Source of the DNA: an uncultured Candidatus Saccharibacteria bacterium
GTDB taxonomy: Bacteria; Patescibacteriota; Minisyncoccia; UBA6257; UBA9933
Length of the DNA stretch: 64,000 nucleotides
Assembly (NCBI GenBank): GCA_964642155.1
Contig: CAZXNT010000002.1
Span: 65,801-129,800 of the forward strand
Reading direction: 5' to 3'
Part shown: positions 37,438 to 51,444 of the stretch, piece after piece
Numbering within the stretch: the first letter of the stretch is position 1
Layout: the number at the start of each line of letters is the position of its first letter
Notes under the pieces: model-generated
Told to the model about the DNA's origin: nothing
What the model saw: only the letters and a program-made list of their open reading frames with translations
The model's database searches: none
Position numbers and translations under genes: made by a program

Positions 37438-40400
37438 TTATAACTCTACCGCGCTTTGGGCGATAAGTTTCGGTTCATTATCTTTTTGTGAAAGTCGTCC
37501 CTCAATAATTAAAACGTTATTTTCTTGCCAGAGTTCTGGATTTTTTACAAGCGTATCGTTGAAAATAACTATTTCCACATTGTCGTTCAAGTCTTCAATC
37601 TTGGCGAAAATCATTGGCTGGCCGTTTTTAGTGGTTATTTTTTTAATGCTCGTCAAAACGCCGGCAATTCTATATAAGCCATTGCCGTTTTTATTATTGG
37701 AAATTTTTATGGTTTTTAATTCTTTAATCGGTTTTACTTTATTCATTAACAGTTTTCGTTCATGCCTATTTAATGGATGTTCGGAAATATAAAGACCAAC
37801 CAATTCTTTTTCCCATTGAAGTTTTTCTTTGGTTGAAGCGGAAGTTGCGGGTTTTAATTGTAAAACGCCGTTTGACGAATAATCCGAGCCGAAAAGGCTG
37901 TTTTGCGACAAGGTTTGCGATTTTTTAAGATTTTGGCTGAATGACAATATCTCGTCTATATTCGCCAAAAGTTGGCCGCGTTCGGAATTTAAAGAATCAA
38001 AAACACCCGCCTTAATCAAACTTTCAAGAGATTTTTTATTCAAATCTTTATGAAGGACGCAGTTTATAAAATCGGAAAAATTTTGGAATGGTCCGGATTT
38101 AAATCTTTCTTGGATAATCGCTTCAACGACATTGGCGCCGACGTTTTTAATGCTTAGCAATCCAAAACGAATGGCGGATTTTCCTTCCGGAGCGAAATCA
38201 ACAAAACTGGCGTTGATGTCCGGCGGAAGCACTGAGACGTTCATTTTTTTCGCTTCATTAATAAGAAACGCGATTCTTTCCACGTCGCCGCTGTCGGCGT
38301 TGAATAACGCCGTGGTGAATTCAATCGTATAATGGGCTTTCAAATAAGCGGTTCTATAGCCGATTAAAGCGTAGCAAGCGGCATGGCTTCGATTGAATCC
38401 ATACTTGGCGAAAGGCGGGAAAAGTTCCCAGATAGCTTCGGCGGTTTTTTGTTCAATGTCGTTATTTTTCATTCCTTCAATTAGTTTTTCTTTTTGGATA
38501 TCAAGCAGGAATTTTATTTTTTTCCCGATGGCTTTTCTTAATATGTCCGCTTCCGCCAAACTGAATCCCGCCAAATCTCTGGCAATTCTCATCATTTGTT
38601 CCTGATAAACTCCGATGCCGTAAGTATTTTTTAAAATCGGTTCAAGTTTCGAGTGAAGATATTTAACTTCTTCAAGCTTATGTTTTCTCTTGATATAGCT
38701 CGGAATAAGTTCTATCGGCCCCGGCCGGTAAAGCGCGTTCATGGCAATAATGTCTTCAAATTCTGTTGGTTTTAATTCTTTTAAATATCGGCGCATGCCG
38801 TCGGATTCAAGCTGAAATACGGAAGAGGTTTCGCCTTTTTGTAAAAGCTCAAAAGTTTTTTTGTCGTTGAGCGGAAGTTCGGAAATTTCTATTTTTTCAT
38901 CTCGTATTTCTTTGACGAGTTTGATTGTTTCTTCAATAATCGTCAGATTTTTTAATCCGAGAAAATCCATTTTTAACAATCCTATGGCTTCAACGCTATT
39001 CATGTCAAATTGGGTAATAATAACATCGGTGGTTTGCGGCGCGTATTGTAAGGGAACGTAATTGGTGAGGGATTCTTTACTGATAACGACTCCGCAAGCG
39101 TGAACCGAAGCGTGTCGCGCCACGCCTTCAAGATGTTTTGCCGCTCCAATGATTTTTTGGGCGTCGGGATTCATATCGCAGAAATTTCTTAATTCTTGAG
39201 ACGCTTCCAGCGCTTCTTCTATGCCTAGGCCGAAGGGCATAAGTTTGGCGATTTGGTCGCCTAAAATATAGGGGAATCCGAGCGCCCGCGTGCTGTCGCG
39301 AACAGCTCCTCTTGCCGCCATTGTTCCAAATGTGATTATTTGCGCCACCTTGTCATCGCCGTATTTTTGTTTGACGTACGCCAGAATTTCATCGCGTCGT
39401 TTATCCGCGAAATCAATGTCAATATCCGGCATGGAAATTCTTTCCGGATTTAAAAATCTTTCAAAAAGCAAATCGTATTTTAGGGGGTCAATGTCGGTGA
39501 TGCCCAGAATATAAGAAATAACGCTGCCGGCCGCCGAACCTCTGCCCGGGCCGACGGCAATGCCGTGATTTTTCGCCCAATTGACGAAATCTTGAACAAT
39601 CAAAAAGTAATCAGCAAATTTCATTTTTTTAATAACTTCAATTTCATAATTAATCCGTTCCATTATTTTTACGTCGGGTTTCGGATAACGATTATGGATT
39701 TTTTCATTTATTATTTTTTCTAGTTCTTCATTAGCGGTGAGGCCGTTTTCCAACGGAAAAGACGGTAAAAGAATTTGACCGAGATTTAATTCCACATTGC
39801 AGCGTTCGGCGATTTTTACCGTATTGGCGACCGCTTCCGGAAAATCTTTAAAAAATTCTTCCGCTTGTTCTTGGGAAAACATTGAAAAGTCATCTGATTT
39901 TATTGAGAGCCTGCCCTCGTCGCTTATTTTATTTCCGGTTTGAACCGCCAGAAGAATATCTTGATAGTCGGCGTCTTCGGGATTGAGATAGTGAATGTCT
40001 TGGGTGGCGACAAGCGGGATGCCGGTTTTTTCATGAATTTTAATTATGCCTTCCTGTGATTTAACAACTTCCTTAATGTGCGGATGGTGCCCGATTTCCA
40101 GAAAAAAATTTCCTTTGCCGAAAATTTCTTCATATTCCAAAGCCATTTTTTCCGCCGCTTCAAAATTATTATTAATGATTAGTTGCGGTATTTCGCCCTT
40201 GGGACAACCAGATAAAGCGATAATGCCTTCGCCGTATTGGCGGAGAAGTTCTTTATCCACTCTTGGTTTGTAATAAAATCCTTCCAAGCTCGCCTTGGTT
40301 GCCAATTTTATTAAATTTTGCCAGCCGATGTTATTTTTCGCCAATAAAGTGAGGTGAAAATATCTATCGTCATTCTTGCCAACGGTTTTTTCAAATCGGC

Positions 40401-40617
40401 TTTTAGGGGCGACATATGTTTCAATCCCCAAAATCGGTTTGATTTCCGCTTTTTTGGCTTTTTGGTAAAATTCAACGGCGCCGTAAAGATTGCCGTGGTC
40501 TGTTATGGCGAGCGCTTTCATTCCTAATTCTTTGGCGCGATTGATAAGTCCGTCGATTTTAGCAAGACCGTCTAAAAGAGAATAATGCGAATGAGTATGG
40601 AGGTGAACAAATTTCAT
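37438..40617 (-). CDS. dnaE: DNA polymerase III alpha subunit
   Basis: PHP N-terminus MKFVHLHTHSHYSLLDG, polymerase core and a C-terminal OB domain. 1059 aa. Confidence 0.9.
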   Translation of the reverse strand: MKFVHLHTHSHYSLLDGLAKIDGLINRAKELGMKALAITDHGNLYGAVEFYQKAKKAEIKPILGIETYVAPKSRFEKTVGKNDDRYFHLTLLAKNNIGWQNLIKLATKASLEGFYYKPRVDKELLRQYGEGIIALSGCPKGEIPQLIINNNFEAAEKMALEYEEIFGKGNFFLEIGHHPHIKEVVKSQEGIIKIHEKTGIPLVATQDIHYLNPEDADYQDILLAVQTGNKISDEGRLSIKSDDFSMFSQEQAEEFFKDFPEAVANTVKIAERCNVELNLGQILLPSFPLENGLTANEELEKIINEKIHNRYPKPDVKIMERINYEIEVIKKMKFADYFLIVQDFVNWAKNHGIAVGPGRGSAAGSVISYILGITDIDPLKYDLLFERFLNPERISMPDIDIDFADKRRDEILAYVKQKYGDDKVAQIITFGTMAARGAVRDSTRALGFPYILGDQIAKLMPFGLGIEEALEASQELRNFCDMNPDAQKIIGAAKHLEGVARHASVHACGVVISKESLTNYVPLQYAPQTTDVIITQFDMNSVEAIGLLKMDFLGLKNLTIIEETIKLVKEIRDEKIEISELPLNDKKTFELLQKGETSSVFQLESDGMRRYLKELKPTEFEDIIAMNALYRPGPIELIPSYIKRKHKLEEVKYLHSKLEPILKNTYGIGVYQEQMMRIARDLAGFSLAEADILRKAIGKKIKFLLDIQKEKLIEGMKNNDIEQKTAEAIWELFPPFAKYGFNRSHAACYALIGYRTAYLKAHYTIEFTTALFNADSGDVERIAFLINEAKKMNVSVLPPDINASFVDFAPEGKSAIRFGLLSIKNVGANVVEAIIQERFKSGPFQNFSDFINCVLHKDLNKKSLESLIKAGVFDSLNSERGQLLANIDEILSFSQNLKKSQTLSQNSLFGSDYSSNGVLQLKPATSASTKEKLQWEKELVGLYISEHPLNRHERKLLMNKVKPIKELKTIKISNNKNGNGLYRIAGVLTSIKKITTKNGQPMIFAKIEDLNDNVEIVIFNDTLVKNPELWQENNVLIIEGRLSQKDNEPKLIAQSAVEL

Positions 40618-40637
40618 AATGGTATTATAATCAGATT

Positions 40638-41348
40638 ATGCGTAAAAGAAAATTAAGTCAAAAATTTATTATCGGCATAGATGAGGTGGGGCGGGGAGCG
40701 CTGGCGGGTCCGGTAACCGTGGCAGCCTTAGTATTGCCACAGAATTTTCATAAAATTATCCGCGTTAATCCGCTTCTAAAAAAAGAAAAATTCCTGCCTG
40801 CCGGTAAGCAGACGCGTCAATTCGCTTCTATAATAAGGGATTCTAAAAAATTAACTTCGCGGCAAAGAGAGATTTGGTTTTCTTATATTAAAAAATTATC
40901 GCTATCCTATAGGATAGCATCCGTGTCACCGAAAATTATTGATAAAATTAATGTTTCTCAAGCGGCAAATTTAGCCGCTACCCGCGCAATCAAAAAATTA
41001 ATTGAAAACTATAAGTCCCGACGTAAAGTCGGGACCCCGACCAAAGCGTCGGGGTTAAAAACTAAAAACTGCAAAATATTTCTCGACGGCGGATTATTTC
41101 TTAATTCTAAATTCTGCATTCTGAATTCCACCACAGTGGTAAGGGGCGATGAAAAAATCCCCGCAATCTCCTTAGCCTCCATTGTCGCCAAAGTTCATCG
41201 TGACAAATTAATGAAACGGCTTCATAAAAAATATCCGCGCTACGATTTTATCAATAATGTCGGTTATGGCACGAAAAAGCACATTAAGGCGTTGCGCAAA
41301 TTCGGCCATTCGCCAATCCATCGCAAAACTTTTCACGGCGTTGTATAA
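40638..41348 (+). CDS. rnhB: ribonuclease HII
   Basis: IGIDEVGRGALAGPV and DSK motifs. Carries two in-frame repeat insertions (family B at 41016-41054, family A at 41098-41130). Confidence 0.85.
   Translation: MRKRKLSQKFIIGIDEVGRGALAGPVTVAALVLPQNFHKIIRVNPLLKKEKFLPAGKQTRQFASIIRDSKKLTSRQREIWFSYIKKLSLSYRIASVSPKIIDKINVSQAANLAATRAIKKLIENYKSRRKVGTPTKASGLKTKNCKIFLDGGLFLNSKFCILNSTTVVRGDEKIPAISLASIVAKVHRDKLMKRLHKKYPRYDFINNVGYGTKKHIKALRKFGHSPIHRKTFHGVV
41016..41054. repeat. family B hairpin pair (39 nt) in frame inside rnhB
   Basis: TCCCGACGTAAAGTCGGGA plus CCCCGACCAAAGCGTCGGGG. Confidence 0.8.
41098..41130. repeat. family A repeat (TTCTTAATTCTAAATTCTGCATTCTGAATTCC) in frame inside rnhB
   Basis: Encodes LNSKFCILNST. 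Confidence 0.75.
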
Positions 41349-41360
41349 TAAATAATCTTT

Positions 41361-44886
<3,526 letters not shown>

Positions 44887-44901
44887 TGTAATCTATATAT
44901 T

Positions 44902-45903
44902 ATGCCAATTACAAAAAATAAAGTTGTTTTTTCAGCTGCCGCACCAAGCGGGGTTCTTCATATCGGCAATTATTTAGGCGCCATAAAACAATGGGTTGAA
45001 TTACAGGATAAGTACAATTGCGTATTTTCAGTGGCTGATTATCACGCAATGACGATTTATCAAGAACCGGAAAAAATCAGAGAAAAGATTATAGAAACCG
45101 CGATGATTTATTTGGCGGCTGGCATAGATTCTCAAAAATTAACCATTTTTGTTCAATCAGATATCGCGGAGCATACGGAATTAGCTTGGATTTTAAACAC
45201 AATCGCGAAAATTCCGGAATTAGAATTGATGACGCAGTTTAAAGACAAAGCAAAAAGATTTCGCAGTAAAATCAATGTCGGGCTTTTTGATTATCCGGTT
45301 TTGATGGCAGCCGATATTTTGCTTTATAAGACCGATTTGGTTCCGGTGGGCGAAGACCAAAAACAACACATTGAATTTACCAGAACTATCGCCAGGAGAT
45401 TTAATAATTTATACGGCGAAACATTTATTATTCCGCAGACAGTTGTTAGAAAAGAAGGGGCGCGCATCATGGGGTTAGACGACCCTCTCAAAAAAATGTC
45501 AAAAAGCGCGGAAAATTCTTACAATTATCTCGCCTTGACGGATGAGCCGGATTTGATAAAAGAAAAAATAAAAAGAGCGGTTACGGATTCCGGGAAAGAA
45601 ATAATTTATGACAAAAAGAAAAAACCGGGCGTTTCCAATCTTTTGGAAATTTATTCGTTGCTTTCTGAAAAACCGGTTAAAAAATTGGAAAAAGAATATC
45701 AAGGCAGGAATTACGGCGAGTTTAAAAATGATTTGGCAAACGTTGTCATTGGATTTCTTTTGCCGTTTCAAAAAGAATTTAAAAAATTAAAAGAAAACCC
45801 GGAAAAAGTCAGAAAAATCTTAAAAGACGGCGCTGAAAAAGCCGATATAATCGCCGAAAAAACTCTCAAAGAAGTAAAAAATAGAATCGGGCTTAACTAT
45901 TAA
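44902..45903 (+). CDS. trpS: tryptophanyl-tRNA synthetase
   Basis: KMSKS (KKMSKSAENS). The HIGH-region equivalent is GVLHIGNYLG. Confidence 0.9.
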   Translation: MPITKNKVVFSAAAPSGVLHIGNYLGAIKQWVELQDKYNCVFSVADYHAMTIYQEPEKIREKIIETAMIYLAAGIDSQKLTIFVQSDIAEHTELAWILNTIAKIPELELMTQFKDKAKRFRSKINVGLFDYPVLMAADILLYKTDLVPVGEDQKQHIEFTRTIARRFNNLYGETFIIPQTVVRKEGARIMGLDDPLKKMSKSAENSYNYLALTDEPDLIKEKIKRAVTDSGKEIIYDKKKKPGVSNLLEIYSLLSEKPVKKLEKEYQGRNYGEFKNDLANVVIGFLLPFQKEFKKLKENPEKVRKILKDGAEKADIIAEKTLKEVKNRIGLNY

Positions 45904-45907
45904 AAAT

Positions 45908-47644
45908 ATGTCTCAAGAATTTGATTTAATCATCTCTAAAATTAAAAACAGGAGAAAACTTTATTTTGGCATTTCAGCGGCGCTGATTTCCGCCGGCATT
46001 GCCGCGACTATCCCGTATATTTACGGCCGGCTTATTGATATTGCGATTGCGTCGAATTCAGAAATTAAAATAATTTTTCTGCTTATACTTTTATGGTTAG
46101 TTTTATCTCTTATTAATAATGGATTAAGCCGTTTTGTTGATAAAAAGGCGTATGAAATATATATTGATATTTTTAACGGCCTTTTTATAGATTTTTTTCA
46201 CCAACTTATTTTGCTTCCGATAAAATTCCACAAAAAGCATAAAATGGGCAAAATAATGAAAAGGATAGACCACGGGATAGAAACTCTTTGTAATATGATT
46301 GAAAGAACGATTTTTAAATTCGTTCCGAATCTAATTTCTTTTTTTATTGCCTTGATAATTCTTTTATTCGTTGAATGGCGTTTAAGTTTGATATTGATAA
46401 TTTCCGCCATATTGTATGTTTTAGTAACAATATATTTTACGAAAGGAATTGTTAAAAAACAAAAAATAATGCATCGCGCGTGGGATAAGGCGTTCGGCGA
46501 TCTCTGGGATTCTGTTTTAAATGTGGAAGCGGTTAAGGCGTCAACCAATGAAGAATTTGAAAGAAAAAGGAATATAAAAAATCATAATCGCGCCGGAGAG
46601 ATATGGGGAAATTGGCGATTGATTTGGATAAATATGGGTTTTTGGCAGGGAATAATTTTTGCCATAAGTATTGTAAGTATTGTAAGTATTGGAGCGTTTA
46701 TGCTCCGCAACGGAACATTAACTCCCGGACAACTCATAATGTTTATCGGATATACCAGCTTACTTACGGTTCCGCTGTCCCAATTGGCTGACCAATACCG
46801 TTTAGTAAGAACAGCTATTGTAAGTTTTAGCCGCGCGATGAAATATTATAAAATGCCACCGGAAAAAGATTTGCCTTTTTCAAAAGACATTAAAGATTTG
46901 AAAGGGGAAATAATTTTTAAAAACGTGGATTTCGGCTATAAAAAAGACAAATTAATAGCGGAAAATATTTCTTTTGAAGCTAAGGCTGGAGAAAATATCG
47001 CTTTGGTTGGCGAATCCGGAGTCGGTAAAAGCACGCTTGTGAGCTTAATAAGCCGCTATTATCTGCCGTTAAAAGGAAAAATTTTTATCGACGGCATTGA
47101 TATTAAAAAAATTACTCTTAGGTCGCTAAGAGAAAAAATCGCCATTGTTCCGCAGGAAGTTTTATTATTCAACGACACGGTAAAAAATAATATTCGTTAT
47201 GGAAAACCCGATGCTACGGATAAAGAAATTATTGAATCCGCCAAAGCCGCCAATGCCCACGAATTTATAGAAAGTTTTTCTAAAAAATACGACACTTTGG
47301 TTGGCGAGCGAGGGATAAAACTTTCTACCGGTCAAAAACAAAGAATCGCCATTGCCCGCGCCATTTTACGAAATCCGAGAATTTTGATTTTAGACGAAGC
47401 GACATCCGCGCTTGATTCGGTTTCGGAAAAACTGGTTCAAGAAGCTTTGAGCCGGCTTATTAAAAATCGGACGACTTTTATAATCGCCCATCGTTTAAGC
47501 ACGATTCAGCATGCCGATAAAATTATTGTTTTAGAAAAAGGCAAAATTGTGGAAATAGGCAATCACGAAGAACTGATGAAAAACTTAGAAGGAATTTACC
47601 GTAATTTCTGGGAATTGCAAACAGCCATAGAAAGGGTAAGATAA
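45908..47644 (+). CDS. ABC transporter, fused permease/ATPase (exporter type)
   Basis: 6-TM N-terminal domain. Walker A GESGVGKST, signature LSTGQKQR, Walker B ILILDEATS. Confidence 0.85.
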   Translation: MSQEFDLIISKIKNRRKLYFGISAALISAGIAATIPYIYGRLIDIAIASNSEIKIIFLLILLWLVLSLINNGLSRFVDKKAYEIYIDIFNGLFIDFFHQLILLPIKFHKKHKMGKIMKRIDHGIETLCNMIERTIFKFVPNLISFFIALIILLFVEWRLSLILIISAILYVLVTIYFTKGIVKKQKIMHRAWDKAFGDLWDSVLNVEAVKASTNEEFERKRNIKNHNRAGEIWGNWRLIWINMGFWQGIIFAISIVSIVSIGAFMLRNGTLTPGQLIMFIGYTSLLTVPLSQLADQYRLVRTAIVSFSRAMKYYKMPPEKDLPFSKDIKDLKGEIIFKNVDFGYKKDKLIAENISFEAKAGENIALVGESGVGKSTLVSLISRYYLPLKGKIFIDGIDIKKITLRSLREKIAIVPQEVLLFNDTVKNNIRYGKPDATDKEIIESAKAANAHEFIESFSKKYDTLVGERGIKLSTGQKQRIAIARAILRNPRILILDEATSALDSVSEKLVQEALSRLIKNRTTFIIAHRLSTIQHADKIIVLEKGKIVEIGNHEELMKNLEGIYRNFWELQTAIERVR

Positions 47645-47648
47645 ATAT

Positions 47649-48050
47649 ATGTTGCATAAAATTTCCAAATATTTTGACAAATTGGAAGATAAAGTAAGGA
47701 GTAAATTAAGCCATTATCCGATAATTTACGCTTTGGTCGGCGGCGTCGGCATCGTGCTTTTTTGGCGCGGCGTTTGGCATGTGGCGGATGATATATCTTT
47801 GGGTTCTTGGGCTTCCCTAATAATTAGCCTTATTTTGCTTTTAATGACCGGACTTTTTGTTTCGTTTTTTATCGGCCATTACATTATTTTTTCAGGTCTT
47901 AAGCAGGAGAAAAAAATTGAAGAAAAAGAAGAAGAAGAAATTAAAATGGAATTGGATTTGCAACGGGCTCAAATGAATATTTTGATTGAAATTAAGAAAA
48001 GAATTGAAAATATAGAAAAAGAAATAAGAGAAATTAAAAATAATGGATGA
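47649..48050 (+). CDS. hypothetical membrane protein with a C-terminal coiled coil
   Basis: 133 aa. Two TM helices. Confidence 0.35.
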   Translation: MLHKISKYFDKLEDKVRSKLSHYPIIYALVGGVGIVLFWRGVWHVADDISLGSWASLIISLILLLMTGLFVSFFIGHYIIFSGLKQEKKIEEKEEEEIKMELDLQRAQMNILIEIKKRIENIEKEIREIKNNG

Positions 48051-48354
48051 AATAATTAATAAACAAACATTGGAAAAATTGGCGGAATTGGCGCGGATAG
48101 AAATCAGCGGCGATAAAGAAGAAAAACTTTTAAGCGATTTAAAAGCGATTTTGGGGCATTTTGAAGAATTAAAAGAGGTTGATGTTTCGGGGGTTATTAG
48201 TCCCGCTAAGCGAGACGCCGTTGAATTAACGAATATTTTTCGCGAAGACGAGCCGGTTGAAAGTGAAACTACGGCGATTGATTTAATTGAATCTTTTCCG
48301 GAAAAAGAAGGGAGATTTTTGAAAGTTCCTCCAATTTTTATGAATAATGAATAA
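48043..48354 (+). CDS. gatC: Asp-tRNA(Asn)/Glu-tRNA(Gln) amidotransferase subunit C
   Basis: About 100 aa. LAELARIEISGDKEEKLLSDL is GatC-like. Translationally coupled to gatA. Confidence 0.75.
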   Translation: MDEIINKQTLEKLAELARIEISGDKEEKLLSDLKAILGHFEELKEVDVSGVISPAKRDAVELTNIFREDEPVESETTAIDLIESFPEKEGRFLKVPPIFMNNE

Positions 48355-49804
48355 TGAATTAGGAATTATGGATATTCGCGGACTAACTATTAAAAAATTT
48401 CATCAAGGGCTGGTTGGCAAGGAGTTTTCCGCTTTTGAAATTGCGAAAGTGTTTTTTGATTTAATTAAGTCGCGCGATAAAGAAATCGGAGCGTATTTGC
48501 GATTAAGTGAAGACGCGGCTTTGGAGCGAGCAAAAATTGTTGACGCGGAATTAAATAGCGGCAGCAAACTTGGTATTTTAGCGGGCGCGCCCTTGGCGAT
48601 TAAAGACATTATTTTAATTAAGGGGGAAAAAACGACCGCGGCTTCAAAAATTTTGGAAAATTACACGGCGAGTTATGACGCTACGGTTATTAAAAAATTG
48701 AAAAACAGCGGCGCGGTTTTTCTTGGTAAAACCAATATGGATGAATTTGCCATGGGTTCTTCAACGGAAAATTCCGCTTTCCAAAAAACAAAAAATCCGC
48801 GCGATTTAGAGAGAGTGCCGGGAGGTTCTTCAGGTGGTTCTGTGGCGGCGGTGGCGGCTGATATGGCGGTGGCGGCTTTAGGTTCGGATACAGGAGGTTC
48901 AATCCGCCATCCAGCTAATTTTTGCGGCGTAGTCGGGTTAAAGCCGACTTACGGCGCGGTTTCCCGTTATGGCTTAATCACTATGGCCTCTAGTTTAGAC
49001 CAAATCGGGCCCATAACAAAAACAGTGGAAGACGCGGCGATTTTATTTAAAGAAATCAGCGGACGCGATAAATTTGATGCCACGAGTGTTAACTATAAAT
49101 ATAATGACGAGCTTTTGAAACCGGATTTTGAAAAAATAAAAAAATTAAAAATTGGATTGCCGAAAGAATATTTTATTTCCGGCTTATCAAAAGAAACGGA
49201 AAACGCGATTAATGAAACCATTAAACAATTAAAAAATCTAGGATTTGAGTTTAAAAAAATCAGTTTACCGCACACAAAATACGCTTTGTCTTGTTATTAC
49301 ATTATTATGCCGGCAGAAGTGAGCGCAAATTTGGCGCGTTTTGACGGCATACGCTATTCGCGAATTCAAAATTCAAAATTCAGAATTCAGAATTTAAAAG
49401 ATATTTATTTAAAAACTCGAGGAGAGGGTTTTGGTGATGAAGTTAAACGAAGAATAATCTTGGGAACTTTCGTTTTATCATCCGGTTATTATGACGCTTA
49501 TTATTCCAAGGCGCAGAAGGTCAGGCAGTTGATTAAACAGGATTTTGATAATGCTTTTGGGGAAGTGGATGTGATTTTGACTCCGGTTTCGCCAACTCCG
49601 GCTTTTAAAATCGGCGAAAAAACAAGCGACCCATTACAGATGTATCTGGAAGATATTTTTACCATTCCCGTTAATTTGGCGGGCTTGCCGGCGATTTCCA
49701 TTCCAACGCGGACAAAAGGATTGCCAATCGGATTTCAGCTCATTGGCAAACATTTTCGCGAAGCGGACATTTTGGGGATAGGGCAGTGGTATGAGAGAAA
49801 TTAA
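48347..49804 (+). CDS. gatA: Asp-tRNA(Asn)/Glu-tRNA(Gln) amidotransferase subunit A
   Basis: Amidase signature (GGSSGGSVAAVAA..GSDTGGSIR). Family A repeat in frame (RIQNSKFRIQNLKDIY). Confidence 0.9.
   Translation: MNNELGIMDIRGLTIKKFHQGLVGKEFSAFEIAKVFFDLIKSRDKEIGAYLRLSEDAALERAKIVDAELNSGSKLGILAGAPLAIKDIILIKGEKTTAASKILENYTASYDATVIKKLKNSGAVFLGKTNMDEFAMGSSTENSAFQKTKNPRDLERVPGGSSGGSVAAVAADMAVAALGSDTGGSIRHPANFCGVVGLKPTYGAVSRYGLITMASSLDQIGPITKTVEDAAILFKEISGRDKFDATSVNYKYNDELLKPDFEKIKKLKIGLPKEYFISGLSKETENAINETIKQLKNLGFEFKKISLPHTKYALSCYYIIMPAEVSANLARFDGIRYSRIQNSKFRIQNLKDIYLKTRGEGFGDEVKRRIILGTFVLSSGYYDAYYSKAQKVRQLIKQDFDNAFGEVDVILTPVSPTPAFKIGEKTSDPLQMYLEDIFTIPVNLAGLPAISIPTRTKGLPIGFQLIGKHFREADILGIGQWYERN
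49360..49396. repeat. family A repeat (GAATTCAAAATTCAAAATTCAGAATTCAGAATTTAAAAG) in frame inside gatA
   Basis: Inserted where GatA homologues run ARYDG..EGFG without this segment. Confidence 0.75.
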
Positions 49805-49813
49805 AAATTTTTG

Positions 49814-49887
49814 CGCGGGTGACCGGATTTGAACCGGCGATCCCTACCGTGACAGGGTAGTGCTTTAGACCGCTAAGCTACACCCGC
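49814..49887 (-). tRNA. tRNA-Asp (anticodon GTC)
   Basis: Minus strand GCGGGTG-TA-GCTTAGCGGTCTAAAGC.. Anticodon stem CTACC/GGTAG with loop CTGTCAC. T-arm CCGGTTCAAATCCGG. Confidence 0.85.
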
Positions 49888-49918
49888 AATGTCAAATATA
49901 TTATCATTTAATCGGCAT

Positions 49919-51289
49919 TTATTTCAACCCCTTTACAATTTCTTTAAATTTTTCTCCTCTGTCTTTATAGTCCTTAAACATATCAAAACTGGCGGTGGCG
50001 GGGGAGAATATAATATGAATTATGAAGTATGAATTATAAGTCAAGGATTTTGCGGTTTGATAAGCTAAATTGACGGCTGATTGTAGATTTTTAACTTCCA
50101 TAATTCTTAATTCTTTATTCTTAATTCCAAAAATCGCTTTTGCGATTTTTTTCTTGTTTTCGCCGAATAAAATAACCATTTTCGTGTTAGAATTTTTTAG
50201 CGCTTTGGCAAGGGGAGTGTAATCAAGATTTTTATCTTTGCCGCCGCAGATTAAAATTTTCGGCTGGTTCGGAAAAGCGCGAACCGCCGCCGCGGCGGTG
50301 TAAGGATTAGTAGAGGCGGAATCATTATAAAAGTTAATTCCAATATTCTTGAGAATATTGGAATTAACCAGTTCTAGGCGATGTTCCATACCGCTATAAT
50401 TTTTAACGACTTTTTTGATAATTTTCGGATTAATGCCGAGAGATTGCGCCACAGCTACGGCCATAGCGACATTTTTTAAATTATGTTCGCCAACGATTTT
50501 TATATCTTTTAGGTAAAGTTTATTCTCAAATTCTTGAGAATATTGGAATAAAGAAATTGGGATTTTTGCGGCTTTGCTTTTTTGCGCTATCCATCTGCTC
50601 CATTTATTGCTCGCGTCGTAGAAAATTTTATCGGATTTTTTCTGCCATTTAGCGATCTTGGTTTTAGCGTTTACGTATTCGTTAAAATTTTTATGGCTGT
50701 CTAGGTGGTCTTCAAAAACATTCAAAACAACGGCAATATTCGGTCCGCCAGTTGGCGGATTAAAATCCTGTAATTGAAAACTGGAAAGTTCTAAAACCAC
50801 AATGGATTTTTTATCTAATTTCGGCAAAATTTCAATCGCCGGTTTGCCGATATTGCCCGCCAAAAATACATTTTTACCGGCCGTTTTTAATATTTTATAA
50901 AGCAAAGTGGATGTTGTGCCCTTGCCTTTTGTGCCGGTAATGCCGATAATTAGCGGTCGCGGACTTACACGGACTTGACGCGGACTTATACGGATTGTCT
51001 GCATTAGTCCGTGTTTTGTCTGTATTGGTCTGCGTATTATATCAAAAAACAAATTCGTGGCGCTGGAAAATTTAACGCCTTTTTTAATGGCGTTTTGTAT
51101 TTCGGGGAGGTTATAGGGGATGCCGGGCGAACGAAAAACAATGTCAAATTGAGCAAGATTTTTAAGATAATTCTTGTCCATTTTTTTGTCTAAAATAGAA
51201 ATCTCCGCGTTTTTATATTGAACTGATTTTTTGAGAAATCTTAAAACCGCTTTGCCTTCGTGGCCAAACCCCAAGATTGCAATTTTCAT
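49919..51289 (-). CDS. murD: UDP-N-acetylmuramoylalanine--D-glutamate ligase
   Basis: N-terminal Rossmann MKIAILGFGHEGKAV and P-loop GITGTKGKGTT. Contains family C and family A repeat insertions in frame. Confidence 0.8.
   Translation of the reverse strand: MKIAILGFGHEGKAVLRFLKKSVQYKNAEISILDKKMDKNYLKNLAQFDIVFRSPGIPYNLPEIQNAIKKGVKFSSATNLFFDIIRRPIQTKHGLMQTIRISPRQVRVSPRPLIIGITGTKGKGTTSTLLYKILKTAGKNVFLAGNIGKPAIEILPKLDKKSIVVLELSSFQLQDFNPPTGGPNIAVVLNVFEDHLDSHKNFNEYVNAKTKIAKWQKKSDKIFYDASNKWSRWIAQKSKAAKIPISLFQYSQEFENKLYLKDIKIVGEHNLKNVAMAVAVAQSLGINPKIIKKVVKNYSGMEHRLELVNSNILKNIGINFYNDSASTNPYTAAAAVRAFPNQPKILICGGKDKNLDYTPLAKALKNSNTKMVILFGENKKKIAKAIFGIKNKELRIMEVKNLQSAVNLAYQTAKSLTYNSYFIIHIIFSPATASFDMFKDYKDRGEKFKEIVKGLK
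50013..50128. repeat. family A inverted pair (ATGAATTATGAAGTATGAATTATAAG ... TAATTCTTAATTCTTTATTCTTAATTCC) inside the murD 3' region
   Basis: The two arms are inverted relative to each other and encode ..KNKELRIME.. on the minus strand. Confidence 0.7.
50959..51040. repeat. family C CGGACTT-unit repeat (CGGACTTACACGGACTTGACGCGGACTTATACGGATTGTCTGCATTAGTCCGTG..) in frame inside murD
   Basis: Encodes RISPRQVRVSPRP upstream of the P-loop. Matches 12852-12880 in pth. Confidence 0.8.
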
Positions 51290-51369
51290 GTTGAAATTAT
51301 ATACTATTTTTTAGCGAAAAGTAAAAATTAAACCCCGTATAAAAACAAAGTTTTATACGGGGCAAGTAT

Positions 51370-51444
51370 TCCGCAGTAGCTCAGTGGTAGAGCGGTCGCC
51401 TGTTAAGCGATTGGTCGTAGGTTCGAATCCTACCTGCGGAGCCA
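51370..51444 (+). tRNA. tRNA-Asn (anticodon GTT), CCA encoded
   Basis: TCCGCAG-TA-GCTCAGTGGTAGAGC.. Anticodon loop CTGTTAA. T-arm GTAGGTTCGAATCCTAC. Ends CTGCGGAGCCA. Confidence 0.9.

Noticed and set aside
37310-37792. ORF 37310-37792(+), 160 aa
   Set aside because: It is antisense across the thrS/dnaE junction and hydrophobic low-complexity, so it is spurious.
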